Shown here piece after piece: positions 8,842 to 17,361 of a stretch of DNA of 64,000 bases. Source of the DNA: Thermodesulfovibrionales bacterium (GTDB taxonomy: Bacteria; Nitrospirota; Thermodesulfovibrionia; Thermodesulfovibrionales; JdFR-86); NCBI GenBank assembly GCA_030682405.1, contig JAUXOF010000047.1:18877-82876 (forward strand). Reading direction: 5' to 3'. Numbering within the stretch: the stretch's first letter is position 1; every line of letters starts with the position of its first letter. The notes under the pieces are model-generated. The model did not search any database and was not told where the DNA came from. It worked only from the letters and a program-made list of their open reading frames with translations. The translations under genes and the position numbers were made by a program.

Positions 8842-9657
8842 TTAACCTCTCGGCCTTGCGTTTTTTGCCCATATCCTGTAAATCACGTCCCTGAAACCAA
8901 ATACGGTAAGCATTATCTTTATGAAGTTTTTAATCAGGGTCAGGAAATAATCCCAGTAGTATCCGTGCTCCCTAAGCGCCCTTGCCGCCTCGGCAAGCGT
9001 GGCCCTGTAATAGCTTCCGCTTCCGCCCATGTCCCTCATAATGGCAATCCTGTAGTCGAGGAAATAGGGCCTCGTGTATTTGACAACCCTTATGGCCCAT
9101 TCGTAATCAAGGGCAAGCGAGTACTCCTTCCTCAAGAGCCCTGCGTTATCGTAGACCTCTCTTTTGGCGAATACCGAGGGGTGCGGCATGTACATCCTTT
9201 TCCGTATCTCCCGCGGCTCTGCGTCCTTGCCCCATTTCATTATCACCCTTTCGGTATCCCGCTCGACAAAGTCCACAACCCCGTAGACGACCTTTGCCTC
9301 CGGATTTTGGCGGAAGGCCTCGACCACCCTCCTGACGGCGGTGCTGTCGGCGTAGTAGTCGTCGGAGTTTATCATCCCGATTATCTCGCCGGTAGAGAGC
9401 CTCACCCCTTTATTATACCCGTCGTACCTGCCGTCATCAGGCTCGGAGACGAATTTTGATATCCTGTCTTTGTATTTTTCTATTATCTTTAATGTGTTGT
9501 CCGTGGAGGCGGCGTCCACGACGACATATTCGATATCAGGGTAGTCCTGACTAAGCACGCTCTCTATGGTCTGCTCTATAAAGTCTTCGGAGTTATACGA
9601 GATGGTTATTACGGAAACCAACGGATTGTACCGGGATGCCTGTAGGGTCTCTTTCAT
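8842..9657 (-). CDS. Glycosyltransferase family 2
   Basis: VSVITISYNSEDFIEQTIESVLSQDY..VVDAASTDNT and INSDD (DxD). Confidence 0.85.
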   Translation of the reverse strand: MKETLQASRYNPLVSVITISYNSEDFIEQTIESVLSQDYPDIEYVVVDAASTDNTLKIIEKYKDRISKFVSEPDDGRYDGYNKGVRLSTGEIIGMINSDDYYADSTAVRRVVEAFRQNPEAKVVYGVVDFVERDTERVIMKWGKDAEPREIRKRMYMPHPSVFAKREVYDNAGLLRKEYSLALDYEWAIRVVKYTRPYFLDYRIAIMRDMGGSGSYYRATLAEAARALREHGYYWDYFLTLIKNFIKIMLTVFGFRDVIYRIWAKNARPRG

Positions 9658-9784
9658 TGTTTTTAATTAAAAATTAACGACTTATCACAATTTTTAAGTA
9701 TAAATTATTCCCCCAAATTTTGGCAAGCCGTTTTATCTATTGGGGTCTGCGTCGGATTTGCAGGGTTATCGGACGTAGACGCTA

Positions 9785-10018
9785 CTAAAGTTTTTTCAAA
9801 GAGTCAGCATATTCTTCAACATTCAGTTCTATGTCTTGTAAAATTTCCCTTATTAACGGTCGCGCCAAGGTTCTACCTTTATGATGCGGTACCGTGGTGG
9901 TTCGTCCGTCTGGATGACGATAAAATACATGGCTTCCTTTTTGACGGACGCTTTTAAATCCCATAAGGAACAAGAGCTTCTCCATTGTTTGAGCGTCGAT
10001 AAGGGACAACCTGCTCAA
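9785..10018 (-). CDS. hicA: HicA-family mRNA interferase toxin
   Basis: 77 aa with GFKSVRQKGSHVFYRHPDGRTTTVPHHKG, a typical HicA core. Confidence 0.85.
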   Translation of the reverse strand: MSRLSLIDAQTMEKLLFLMGFKSVRQKGSHVFYRHPDGRTTTVPHHKGRTLARPLIREILQDIELNVEEYADSLKKL

Positions 10019-10236
10019 ACAGCGACCTCGATTTGTTGAATTCCGATAAACTCAGGCAAATTTCGCTTGGACTCTTCGTCCATCTCCTCCAAGCATAATT
10101 CAACGACCTCTTTAAGATTTCTCTGAAGTTCGTCTAAGGTTTCAGCCTGAGTATGCGCGCCTGGGATGCCCGGCACAACGGCAACGTACAGTCCGGTTTC
10201 AGTATCTTTTTCGATATACCCGATGGTTCTATACAT
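10015..10236 (-). CDS. hicB: HicB-family antitoxin (UPF0150 type, no separate DNA-binding domain visible)
   Basis: YVAVVPGIPGAHTQAETLDELQRNLKEVVELCLE. 4-nt overlap with hicA. ATG at 10236 is preceded by GGGAGGA; the TTG at 10242 in the ORF track is less likely. Confidence 0.8.
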   Translation of the reverse strand: MYRTIGYIEKDTETGLYVAVVPGIPGAHTQAETLDELQRNLKEVVELCLEEMDEESKRNLPEFIGIQQIEVAV

Positions 10237-10267
10237 TTTCAATCCTCCCGCAAAATCGTCTTAATGA

Positions 10268-10276
10268 ATTATAACA
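10268..10276 (-). promoter_or_regulatory. Extended -10 element TGTTATAAT upstream of hicB
   Basis: The reverse complement of 10268-10276 reads TGTTATAAT, about 30 nt upstream of the hicB ATG. No good -35. Confidence 0.3.
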
Positions 10277-10344
10277 AAAAATCAGAAGCATAGTTATTAA
10301 ACATTAGTCGAAGCGGGAGAATACAGTTAAATATGACGCAGGCC

Positions 10345-11286
10345 CTATCCATTGCCCTTAGCTGCGGCCTCTACGGTTATCTTAAGCCCCTCATCAAGAG
10401 AAAACTCCGGCCTCCAGCCTAACTCTTTTTTCGCCTTGGAATTATTCAGGCAGAACCGTATCTGCTCGCCGGGCCTGTCTTTGTGATAAACGGGCATTGC
10501 CTTCCTGCCCAACAAATCCGAGGTCTTCTTATAGAGAGTGTTCAGGGTCGTCTCAACTCCGGAGCTGATGTTAAAGACAGGGTCGGGATTGTCGCTGCGG
10601 ACGGTTAAGGCAAGGAGGTTTGCCCTGACCACATCGGCGATGAACACGTAATCCCTTGTCTTTGTGCCGTCTCCCCAGATATCGGCCTGTTGGCCGGAGG
10701 AAAGCTTCCTTATGTAGTCCGCCATTGCGCCGGTTGCCTGTCCGGGGCCGTAGACCGTCGCATATCTGAGGACCACATACGGAAGCCCGTATGTCTTAGA
10801 GAAGAACCTGAGATAGTTCTCAGTCGCCTCCTTTGATATCGCATAGGGCGTGTCGTATGAGAAAGGCTCTTTCTCCTTAAGAGGGAGGTTGGGGTTGTTG
10901 CCGTATACGAACCCTGAGGAGCTGTAGAGCACCTTCTTTACATTCAGGTCTTTGGCCTTTCCGAGTATCCGCAGTGTGCCGGCAAGGCAGTCCATGTCAA
11001 GGAGGGGGTTTTGGACGGATTTCGGCACGAACACGAAATATGCGAAATGGCAGATTATCCCGGGCCTCTCCTTTTCCATGATTATCTCGATTTCCGGGTC
11101 GGCAATATTGACCTCGTAAAATGCCGCCTCAGGGTTGATGTTTTCCCTCCGGCCGCTTGAGAGGTTATCCACGACCACGACATTGGCGCCCTCACGAACG
11201 AGCGCATCCACGGTGTGCGAGCCTATAAAGCCGGCTCCGCCTGTAACCAGAACCTTTTTGCCTTTTAAACTCATTGAACGGGCCAT
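10345..11286 (-). CDS. NAD-dependent sugar-nucleotide epimerase/dehydratase (GalE-like extended SDR)
   Basis: [29 protein letters not shown] catalytic motif. Start moved to the ATG at 11286, which follows AAGGAAAGGA and lies after the upstream stop. Confidence 0.85.
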   Translation of the reverse strand: MARSMSLKGKKVLVTGGAGFIGSHTVDALVREGANVVVVDNLSSGRRENINPEAAFYEVNIADPEIEIIMEKERPGIICHFAYFVFVPKSVQNPLLDMDCLAGTLRILGKAKDLNVKKVLYSSSGFVYGNNPNLPLKEKEPFSYDTPYAISKEATENYLRFFSKTYGLPYVVLRYATVYGPGQATGAMADYIRKLSSGQQADIWGDGTKTRDYVFIADVVRANLLALTVRSDNPDPVFNISSGVETTLNTLYKKTSDLLGRKAMPVYHKDRPGEQIRFCLNNSKAKKELGWRPEFSLDEGLKITVEAAAKGNG

Positions 11287-11305
11287 GCGATAATTCCTTT
11301 CCTTT

Positions 11306-12988
11306 CTATTTGTATATCTCAAAGGAGTTGGTCATCTGAACCCTCCCGCTTTTGAAATAATCCAGTATGCGGTTAATCCCGTAGTCTTCGGAAACATGCC
11401 TTTCCCTGAGCAAGGAGGCGGCATCGGCGTAAGCCTTGTCCTCTGCCTCGGAGCCCCTTTGCATCGAAAACCCCTCCATTTCCGGTATTATGCCGGGCTG
11501 CACAAGGGTGTGTATGAAGTATACGAATGCAGCGACCTTCGCCATGCCGGCATCAACCGTTTGGGTATTGTCCTTTCTAAAAAGGGTTGAGAGCAGGCGG
11601 AAATACTCCTCCTTGGTCTCAGGGTCAAAGGTAAACCCCAGTCCCGAATAGACCGCATCTCCTGCAAGCAGGCACTTGATTCCAAGATATGCGGCCTCAA
11701 GCCCTATAGTGCCGCGGGCCGTAACCACCCCGTCTGCGGAGTCAAGCACGGACTTGGTGCTCACGTCATCCGGAAGAAAGACGATATGCCCGGGCAGGCT
11801 GTCTCCGTATATCTCCCTTACGATTGTATCCAGCCGCACCTTGCTGTGATAGAAGCTGTGCCTGTTTAGGGGGTGTTCCTTCAGTATCCAGTTTACATCC
11901 TTTATGCCGCCCATGCGTTTAATCGTCTCGCGGGACCAGTCGTAATGGTCATTAAACAGGTACCATCTCTGGTCATGCGGCGCATCCGGGAAGACATGGG
12001 CCATCATGTAGACAAACGGCTTGTTTATGTCTATTTTCATGAGCCCGGCAAGCCCTTCCCTGGTATAAAACCGTTTTCCGGTCTTAAATGCGATAGTGAC
12101 GTTTGGGTCTCTCGTTACGTTTCCCGACATCCTCGCCTCAAAGTACTCCTCTATGACCCTGCGCGCCGTATCGGGATTGTTCTTATAAACGTCGTCGAAC
12201 ATCTCCTTTATCACCTTCCTGTAATAAACAGGCTCATCCTCAGGCTTGAACTTTCTGATGGTAAAGTTACCGGGCGTCTTTCCGTCGCAGCCCGCGAAGT
12301 ACACTGTCAATCCGGCCTCTCTTGCCGCCCGTATCATCGTGCCGTATACGTTGTATACGGCGGCATGCCCGACGATTATATGTTTCACGCTATGTTTTTT
12401 TATGAGTTTCTCGTGGATGTCATAGAAGAACACGGCCTCAACAATCTTCCTGTATAGATAGGGGTCTTTCCTTGAGACTGTGCCGTTTCCAGTGTCCCTA
12501 AGATATGTATCGTATATCAGGTCTCCTATAACCGCGCCTTTATATTTCAATGCTAAAAGATTTTCAGCTCTTGTTGAGAGGAATATAAAGACGGATTTAA
12601 CAAGGCTCATCACGAATGCGAGGGGGAATCTTCGAACACTGAGCATCTCTATGCGGTCGGCGCAGTAGGAGCGCATCACATCAAGCGCCCCTTTCCCTGC
12701 ATATGGCCTTGTGACCCAGACTGTTTTCAGGCCGGTGAGCTTCTTAAGCGCGGCAGATGTAACGCCGATTTCCATCAGCCCGCCGGGATAGGTGTTGAGG
12801 CCGTCAACCAGCACGGAATGCCCTTTTCCCTCGCACCTTCCGCCTAAAAACTCCTGCCATACAGCCCTGTTTGCCTCGCAGAAGGAGGCTGTGCCCCCTC
12901 CTGATAGGGATGTGTCCCCGGCTGCTTCCGCCCCCTTGCTCGCAGGGGGTCGCACCCCATTCGCAGGGGGTCGCACCCCCCCTACCAA
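11306..12988 (-). CDS. Putative capsule-polysaccharide biosynthesis transferase (KpsS/KpsC Capsule_synth-like GT-B); start uncertain
   Basis: C-terminal half ILKEHPLNRH...VVTARGTIGLEAAYLGIKCL resembles the other two such proteins in the window. The N-terminal 20 codons are a 21-bp tandem duplication starting at a TTG. Confidence 0.5.
   Translation of the reverse strand: MVGGVRPPANGVRPPASKGAEAAGDTSLSGGGTASFCEANRAVWQEFLGGRCEGKGHSVLVDGLNTYPGGLMEIGVTSAALKKLTGLKTVWVTRPYAGKGALDVMRSYCADRIEMLSVRRFPLAFVMSLVKSVFIFLSTRAENLLALKYKGAVIGDLIYDTYLRDTGNGTVSRKDPYLYRKIVEAVFFYDIHEKLIKKHSVKHIIVGHAAVYNVYGTMIRAAREAGLTVYFAGCDGKTPGNFTIRKFKPEDEPVYYRKVIKEMFDDVYKNNPDTARRVIEEYFEARMSGNVTRDPNVTIAFKTGKRFYTREGLAGLMKIDINKPFVYMMAHVFPDAPHDQRWYLFNDHYDWSRETIKRMGGIKDVNWILKEHPLNRHSFYHSKVRLDTIVREIYGDSLPGHIVFLPDDVSTKSVLDSADGVVTARGTIGLEAAYLGIKCLLAGDAVYSGLGFTFDPETKEEYFRLLSTLFRKDNTQTVDAGMAKVAAFVYFIHTLVQPGIIPEMEGFSMQRGSEAEDKAYADAASLLRERHVSEDYGINRILDYFKSGRVQMTNSFEIYK
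12940..12981. repeat. 21-bp tandem duplication, each copy containing a GGGGT-CGC-ACCCC mini-hairpin
   Basis: TCGCAGGGGGTCGCACCCCAT / TCGCAGGGGGTCGCACCCCCC lie directly after the SDR stop codon (12982-12984). Confidence 0.9.
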
Positions 12989-13803
12989 CAGGTTCTTCCT
13001 CCGTCAACTATGAGGTTTGCCCCTGTCATGTACGAAGAGGCATCCGAGACCAAAAACAGCACTGCACCTTTGTACTCGTCCCTCCGGGCCATCCTCCCCA
13101 TGGGTATCCTTGAGGATATTCTTTTGAGGAACTCATCGGGCTGGCCTGTGTACACGCCTCCGGGGGAGAGCGCATTGCATCGGATGTTTTTATCGGCCCA
13201 GTATGTGGCTATGTATTTTGTAAGCCCAAGAAGGCCGTGTTTTATCACGGAATAGGTTACAGGCTTTACCGGCTGCTTGTCCGGGGGAAGCCCCTCTTTT
13301 ACATAAAGCCTCTGGTCAGGGGCGATGACACCGAGGTCCGAGGATATGTTCAGTATCACCCCCCCGCCCCTTTTTGCCATCTCAGAGCCTATGACCTGAG
13401 AGCACAAAAACGCGCCTGTAAGCCCTACTGAAATTTCCATGTCCCAGTTCTTGATGGGGAAGTTTTCAAACCTGCTCCACGACCGGTCGTCGCCGGCCTT
13501 GACCTTAGGGTCTATTGCCGCATTATTGATTAATATATCCACGCGTCCGAATTTCCTCAAAACCGTGCGGAGGAGTTTTTGCACGCTCCCCCTGTCCGTA
13601 ATATCCGCGCCTATGCCGAGGGCGTCCGCCTTGTATTTCCCGGATACGGCCTTTGCCGCCTTTTTGGCAGCCACTTCTTTTATATCGGCAAGCACAGGGG
13701 TTCCGCCCGCCTCTGCCACGGCCTCGGCATGCATCAGGCCCAAGAGTCCCGCCCCTCCGGTGATGACGGCAACTTTTGATTTCAGGCTGAAAGTCCCTTT
13801 CAT
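12982..13803 (-). CDS. Short-chain dehydrogenase/reductase, paralog of the PtmA-like SDR
   Basis: KVAVITGGAGLLG, YSVIKHG, SDASSYMTGANLIVDGGRT. Start set to the ATG at 13803, just after the upstream stop at 13805. Confidence 0.85.
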   Translation of the reverse strand: MKGTFSLKSKVAVITGGAGLLGLMHAEAVAEAGGTPVLADIKEVAAKKAAKAVSGKYKADALGIGADITDRGSVQKLLRTVLRKFGRVDILINNAAIDPKVKAGDDRSWSRFENFPIKNWDMEISVGLTGAFLCSQVIGSEMAKRGGGVILNISSDLGVIAPDQRLYVKEGLPPDKQPVKPVTYSVIKHGLLGLTKYIATYWADKNIRCNALSPGGVYTGQPDEFLKRISSRIPMGRMARRDEYKGAVLFLVSDASSYMTGANLIVDGGRTCW

Positions 13804-13804
13804 T

Positions 13805-14581
13805 TCAGAAACCCCTTGTCTGTCCGCCGTCAACAACAAGGCAGGAGCCTGTAATGAATGACGCCCTCTCCGAGGAAAGGAATAGCACGGCATCCGCCAC
13901 CTCTTCCGGCCTGCCGAGCCTCTTCATAGGGACCTCCGAATTTATATATTGCTTAACGCCTTCGGCGTCTTCGCCGAGCTTTCTCTCCCAGACCCCTCCG
14001 GGCGCAAGGATATTTCCGGGCGCCACGACATTAACCCTTATGTTTTCCGGGGCAAGAAGCCTTGATAGGTTTTTGCTTGCTGCTATCAGCCCTGCCTTTG
14101 CCGCTGAATACGGAATCGGCGCGGGCAGCGTCTCGATGCCTGCTATAGAGGAAATAAAGACTATGGAGCCTCCGCCCCTTTTAATCATGAGGGGGACGGC
14201 ATATTTGACTACAAGGCTTGCGCCGATTAAGTTAATGTCCAGCATGTTCATCCAGTCGTCCTTGTCCGGCTCAAGCCCGGACTTGAGCCTTCCGCTCCCG
14301 ATGTTTGCAACGAGGATGTCAATGCCTCCCCACTTTTGCTCAATCGCCTTCAGGCAGCCGGCTATCCCTTCGGCGTCCGTAAGGTCGCAGACGGCGGACA
14401 TCAGGGACCCTTGGCCCAGGCGGGATGCGAACTCCCCGTATGCCTTCTTGAGCGCATTATCGTCTCTACCTGTAAGGGCAACCTTAGCCCCTGCCTCAAG
14501 AAAACTCCCTGCTATGACCCGGCCTATGCCCCTGCTTGAGCCTGTCACCAGAACAACCTTATCCTTAAGTCCAAGTTCCAT
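13805..14581 (-). CDS. Short-chain dehydrogenase/reductase (FabG-like)
   Basis: KVVLVTGSSRGIG, YSAAKAG, SERASFITGSCLVVDGG. Confidence 0.85.
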   Translation of the reverse strand: MELGLKDKVVLVTGSSRGIGRVIAGSFLEAGAKVALTGRDDNALKKAYGEFASRLGQGSLMSAVCDLTDAEGIAGCLKAIEQKWGGIDILVANIGSGRLKSGLEPDKDDWMNMLDINLIGASLVVKYAVPLMIKRGGGSIVFISSIAGIETLPAPIPYSAAKAGLIAASKNLSRLLAPENIRVNVVAPGNILAPGGVWERKLGEDAEGVKQYINSEVPMKRLGRPEEVADAVLFLSSERASFITGSCLVVDGGQTRGF

Positions 14582-14592
14582 ACAGAGCGCTC

Positions 14593-15423
14593 CTATAGTC
14601 CGTATTCTTTTATATAGTTTCTGACCATGCCCAGATATTTCTTTGCAACGCCTGCATCATCCGCATCGCGGGCGGTCTGAAGAATAAAAGGCCCTTTATA
14701 GGAAATCCCCTTAAGCGCCTTAAAGACCGCGGGGAAATCCGCATTGCCCTCCCCAAGCGGAACTGTGCCGCCGTGAAGAATGCGGTCTTTTATGTGTATG
14801 TTTGCGATGAAAGGGCCGAGGGTCTTTATCTCAAACCCGGGCTCATACCCCATGGAGGCGCTGTTGCCAATATCGAAGTTCACGGCCATAAGGGGATGGT
14901 TGAACCTTTCTATAAGCTCCCTGAACTCAAGCGGCGGAAGCGAGGTCTCAAGCGAAATAGCCACGCCATGCTTTTCCGCCGCAGGCAGGGCAGAGGAGAC
15001 GTATTTTATAAGTTCCGCTTTGTCCTCTTCTGTCTTTATGGCCGACTGGTCAACGCATGGTATCTCTATCAGCCTGACCCCTGCCTGAGAGGACATGCTT
15101 ATCAGGCTGATGAGCACATCCGCACTCTCTTTTTTTGCTTCTTCAGGCACCCTGAAAAAAGGGTGTTCCATGAAATAATCAGCGCATATGGAAGAAACAG
15201 GAATGCCTGTTTTATCTATAAGCCCTCTGACCTTCTTTATTCCACCGGATGTATAGATGGGGTTTTCGTCCGACCTGTCCGCCTCGAAGATAAACTCTAT
15301 GGAGTCAAACCCGCATGCCTTTGCCGTCTCAAACTCCTCTTCCCACCTCTCCCATGGGAAGGCCTGAATCCTGTCTCCTATCCGGGGGACGAGCCGCCCC
15401 TGCATGACCCCGACGGGATTCAT
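14593..15423 (-). CDS. Xylose-isomerase-like TIM barrel, UlaE/SgbU-type ketose-phosphate 3-epimerase homolog
   Basis: GVMQGRLVP.., CGFDSIEFIF, NFDIGNSASMGY, NIHIKDR...VPLGEGNADFPAVFKALKGISYKGPFILQ parallel the UlaE layout. ATG at 15423 gives a 1-nt overlap with the upstream stop. Confidence 0.7.
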   Translation of the reverse strand: MNPVGVMQGRLVPRIGDRIQAFPWERWEEEFETAKACGFDSIEFIFEADRSDENPIYTSGGIKKVRGLIDKTGIPVSSICADYFMEHPFFRVPEEAKKESADVLISLISMSSQAGVRLIEIPCVDQSAIKTEEDKAELIKYVSSALPAAEKHGVAISLETSLPPLEFRELIERFNHPLMAVNFDIGNSASMGYEPGFEIKTLGPFIANIHIKDRILHGGTVPLGEGNADFPAVFKALKGISYKGPFILQTARDADDAGVAKKYLGMVRNYIKEYGL

Positions 15424-16463
15424 TATCCGAACATCTCCCTCTCTATGTACTCGCAAAGCATGTGGCCCACAAGTATGTGCCCTTCCTGTATCCTCGGCGT
15501 GCTTTTGGAAGGTATGCATATGCCGACGTCCGCGAGCTTCACAAGTTCGGTGTCCTTTCTTTGCCCTGTGAGCACGACGGTTTTCATGCCGATTTTCTTT
15601 GCGGCCTCCACTGCCTTCACCACGTTTTTAGATGTCCCGCTTGTGGAGATTCCGATAAGGACGTCGCCCTTTTTGCCCTCGGCCTCTACCTGCCTTGCGA
15701 ATACCAAGTCAAAGCCGTAGTCATTGCCTATGGCAGTCAAGGAGGAGGTGTTACATGAAAGGGACTCCGCCGCGAGGGCCTTTCTTTCCATTAGAAATCT
15801 GCTTACGAGTTCCGTGGCCAGATGCTGGGCGTCCGAAGCGCTTCCGCCGTTTCCGCAGAAAAGGAGTTTTCCGCCCTTCCTGTAACAGTCAAGGAGAAGC
15901 TCGCCTGCCTTTTTTATGTCTTCCATTGTTTCGGTCTTTAGCGCCTTTATTGCCTCTATGTGCCCGTCTATGCAGCCGGTCCAGAAGGCGTCTTTAGGGT
16001 CTTTGTCCTGCGCCTTTATATGCATAAGGACTTCTTTAATCACCCCTTCTCCGCGCCTTGCGCTGAGGACGATGTTTGCGCAGGCCTTCGCCTCAGGGCC
16101 TGAGTCAGAGGGCGCAAAGCTCCACCTGAGATGCTCAAGGAGTGCCGCATCTTTTTTGGAGTCGCCCACGAATGCTATTTTAGATTCATCCAGAGAGTTC
16201 TTCTTTACGAGGGACTTAAAGCCCTTGAGCTTGTCCTTTGAGCCGGAGATGAAAAAGTCAGGGGAAAACCTCTGCCTTATGAACTCCGTAAAGGGCGTCT
16301 CCTCGGCGGTTATAAAGCCGGTCTTTATGCCCATGCGCTTAAGCTCAAAATATGCGTCAATGTCGTCAAAGGCTATCACCTTTGACTCTTCCCCGGACTT
16401 GTCTATGGTAACCTTGCCGTCCGTCAGTACGCCGTCTACATCAAATAAAATTATCTCAATCAT
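15423..16463 (-). CDS. Fusion protein: KdsC-type HAD sugar-acid-phosphate phosphatase (N-terminal) + GmhA/DiaA-type SIS sugar-phosphate isomerase (C-terminal)
   Basis: N-terminal LFDVDGVLTDGKV...AFVGDSKKD...GGEGVIKEV (KdsC pattern). C-terminal LFCGNGGSASDAQHLATEL...GISTSGTSKNV (SIS). ATG at 16463 is preceded by GAGGAG. Confidence 0.8.
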   Translation of the reverse strand: MIEIILFDVDGVLTDGKVTIDKSGEESKVIAFDDIDAYFELKRMGIKTGFITAEETPFTEFIRQRFSPDFFISGSKDKLKGFKSLVKKNSLDESKIAFVGDSKKDAALLEHLRWSFAPSDSGPEAKACANIVLSARRGEGVIKEVLMHIKAQDKDPKDAFWTGCIDGHIEAIKALKTETMEDIKKAGELLLDCYRKGGKLLFCGNGGSASDAQHLATELVSRFLMERKALAAESLSCNTSSLTAIGNDYGFDLVFARQVEAEGKKGDVLIGISTSGTSKNVVKAVEAAKKIGMKTVVLTGQRKDTELVKLADVGICIPSKSTPRIQEGHILVGHMLCEYIEREMFG

Positions 16464-16506
16464 GGTGCGCTCCTCTTTATCGTTTTCAGGGCTTAGAGCC
16501 CCCATT

Positions 16507-17361
16507 TTAGCGAATCGTCCAGCCGCCGTCAACAATAATGCTCTGTCCGGTAATGTAGTCCGAGGAGTCCGCGGATAGGAAGACGAGAGCGCCCTTTAAA
16601 TCCTCCGGCCTTCCGAACCTTCCCAGCACGGTTTTGTCCCTGAGCCTCTTAAGAAAGCCCTCGTCTTTGGGGCTGTTGTAAGAGCTTCCCTCCAGATTGG
16701 GGAATGCGCCCGGCAGGATGGAGTTGCAGCGTATCCCGTGTTCTCCGTAAAAAGATGCAATGTACCTTGTAAGGGCCGCGATTCCCGCCTTTGATACGCT
16801 GTAGGCCGGAGGGTTGAACATCTCGGTCCCTTTGTAAATCCCGGGGTCCGGCGAGACAAGGGCGTACATAGAGCTTATGTTTATTATCGAGCCGCTCTTT
16901 TGCCCCTTCATCTTCTCGCCTATGACCTGTATCGCAAGCGCGCTCCAGTAGACCCCTGACTCAAGGCTCTTCATCCACTGGGACTTGGACATCTTTTCCG
17001 CTTTGCCTGAGGGGTCGTTGAAACCGGTATCTTTGCTGAAGTCAAACGCATTGTTTACGAGTATATCAATGGACTTGTTCTTGCGTGCCGCATCTATAAG
17101 TGCCTTCCTGTAATCGTTCTCACTGTAGAAATCCGCCTTGTATTGCGTTACCTTCGCCTTTTTGTGAGTTGCCTTTAACGATTTGGCGAGTTTTTCAAGT
17201 TTCCCTGCGCTTCTTCCAAAAAGTATAACGTCTGCCCCTGCGGAAAGGAGGCACTCTGAAAACGCAGCGCCGAAATATCCGGTTGCGCCGGTTACCACGG
17301 CTGTCTTGCCTTTGAGGGAAAAAAGAGACCCTATTGAGCTGAATCTTGGTCTATCCGGCAT
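16507..17361 (-). CDS. Short-chain dehydrogenase/reductase, PtmA-like paralog
   Basis: KTAVVTGATGYFG, YSVSKAG, SADSSDYITGQSIIVDGGWT. Confidence 0.85.
   Translation of the reverse strand: MPDRPRFSSIGSLFSLKGKTAVVTGATGYFGAAFSECLLSAGADVILFGRSAGKLEKLAKSLKATHKKAKVTQYKADFYSENDYRKALIDAARKNKSIDILVNNAFDFSKDTGFNDPSGKAEKMSKSQWMKSLESGVYWSALAIQVIGEKMKGQKSGSIINISSMYALVSPDPGIYKGTEMFNPPAYSVSKAGIAALTRYIASFYGEHGIRCNSILPGAFPNLEGSSYNSPKDEGFLKRLRDKTVLGRFGRPEDLKGALVFLSADSSDYITGQSIIVDGGWTIR

Noticed and set aside
15424-15519. N-terminal extensions offered by the ORF track (also 13804-13893, 16464-16535, 42152-42244, 32767-32814, 23305-23403, 22593-22634, 60738-60749, 11287-11322)
   Set aside because: Each extension overlaps the 3' end of the upstream gene. 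In every case an internal ATG sits right at or after the upstream stop, often with a GGAGG-like site, and marks where family similarity begins.
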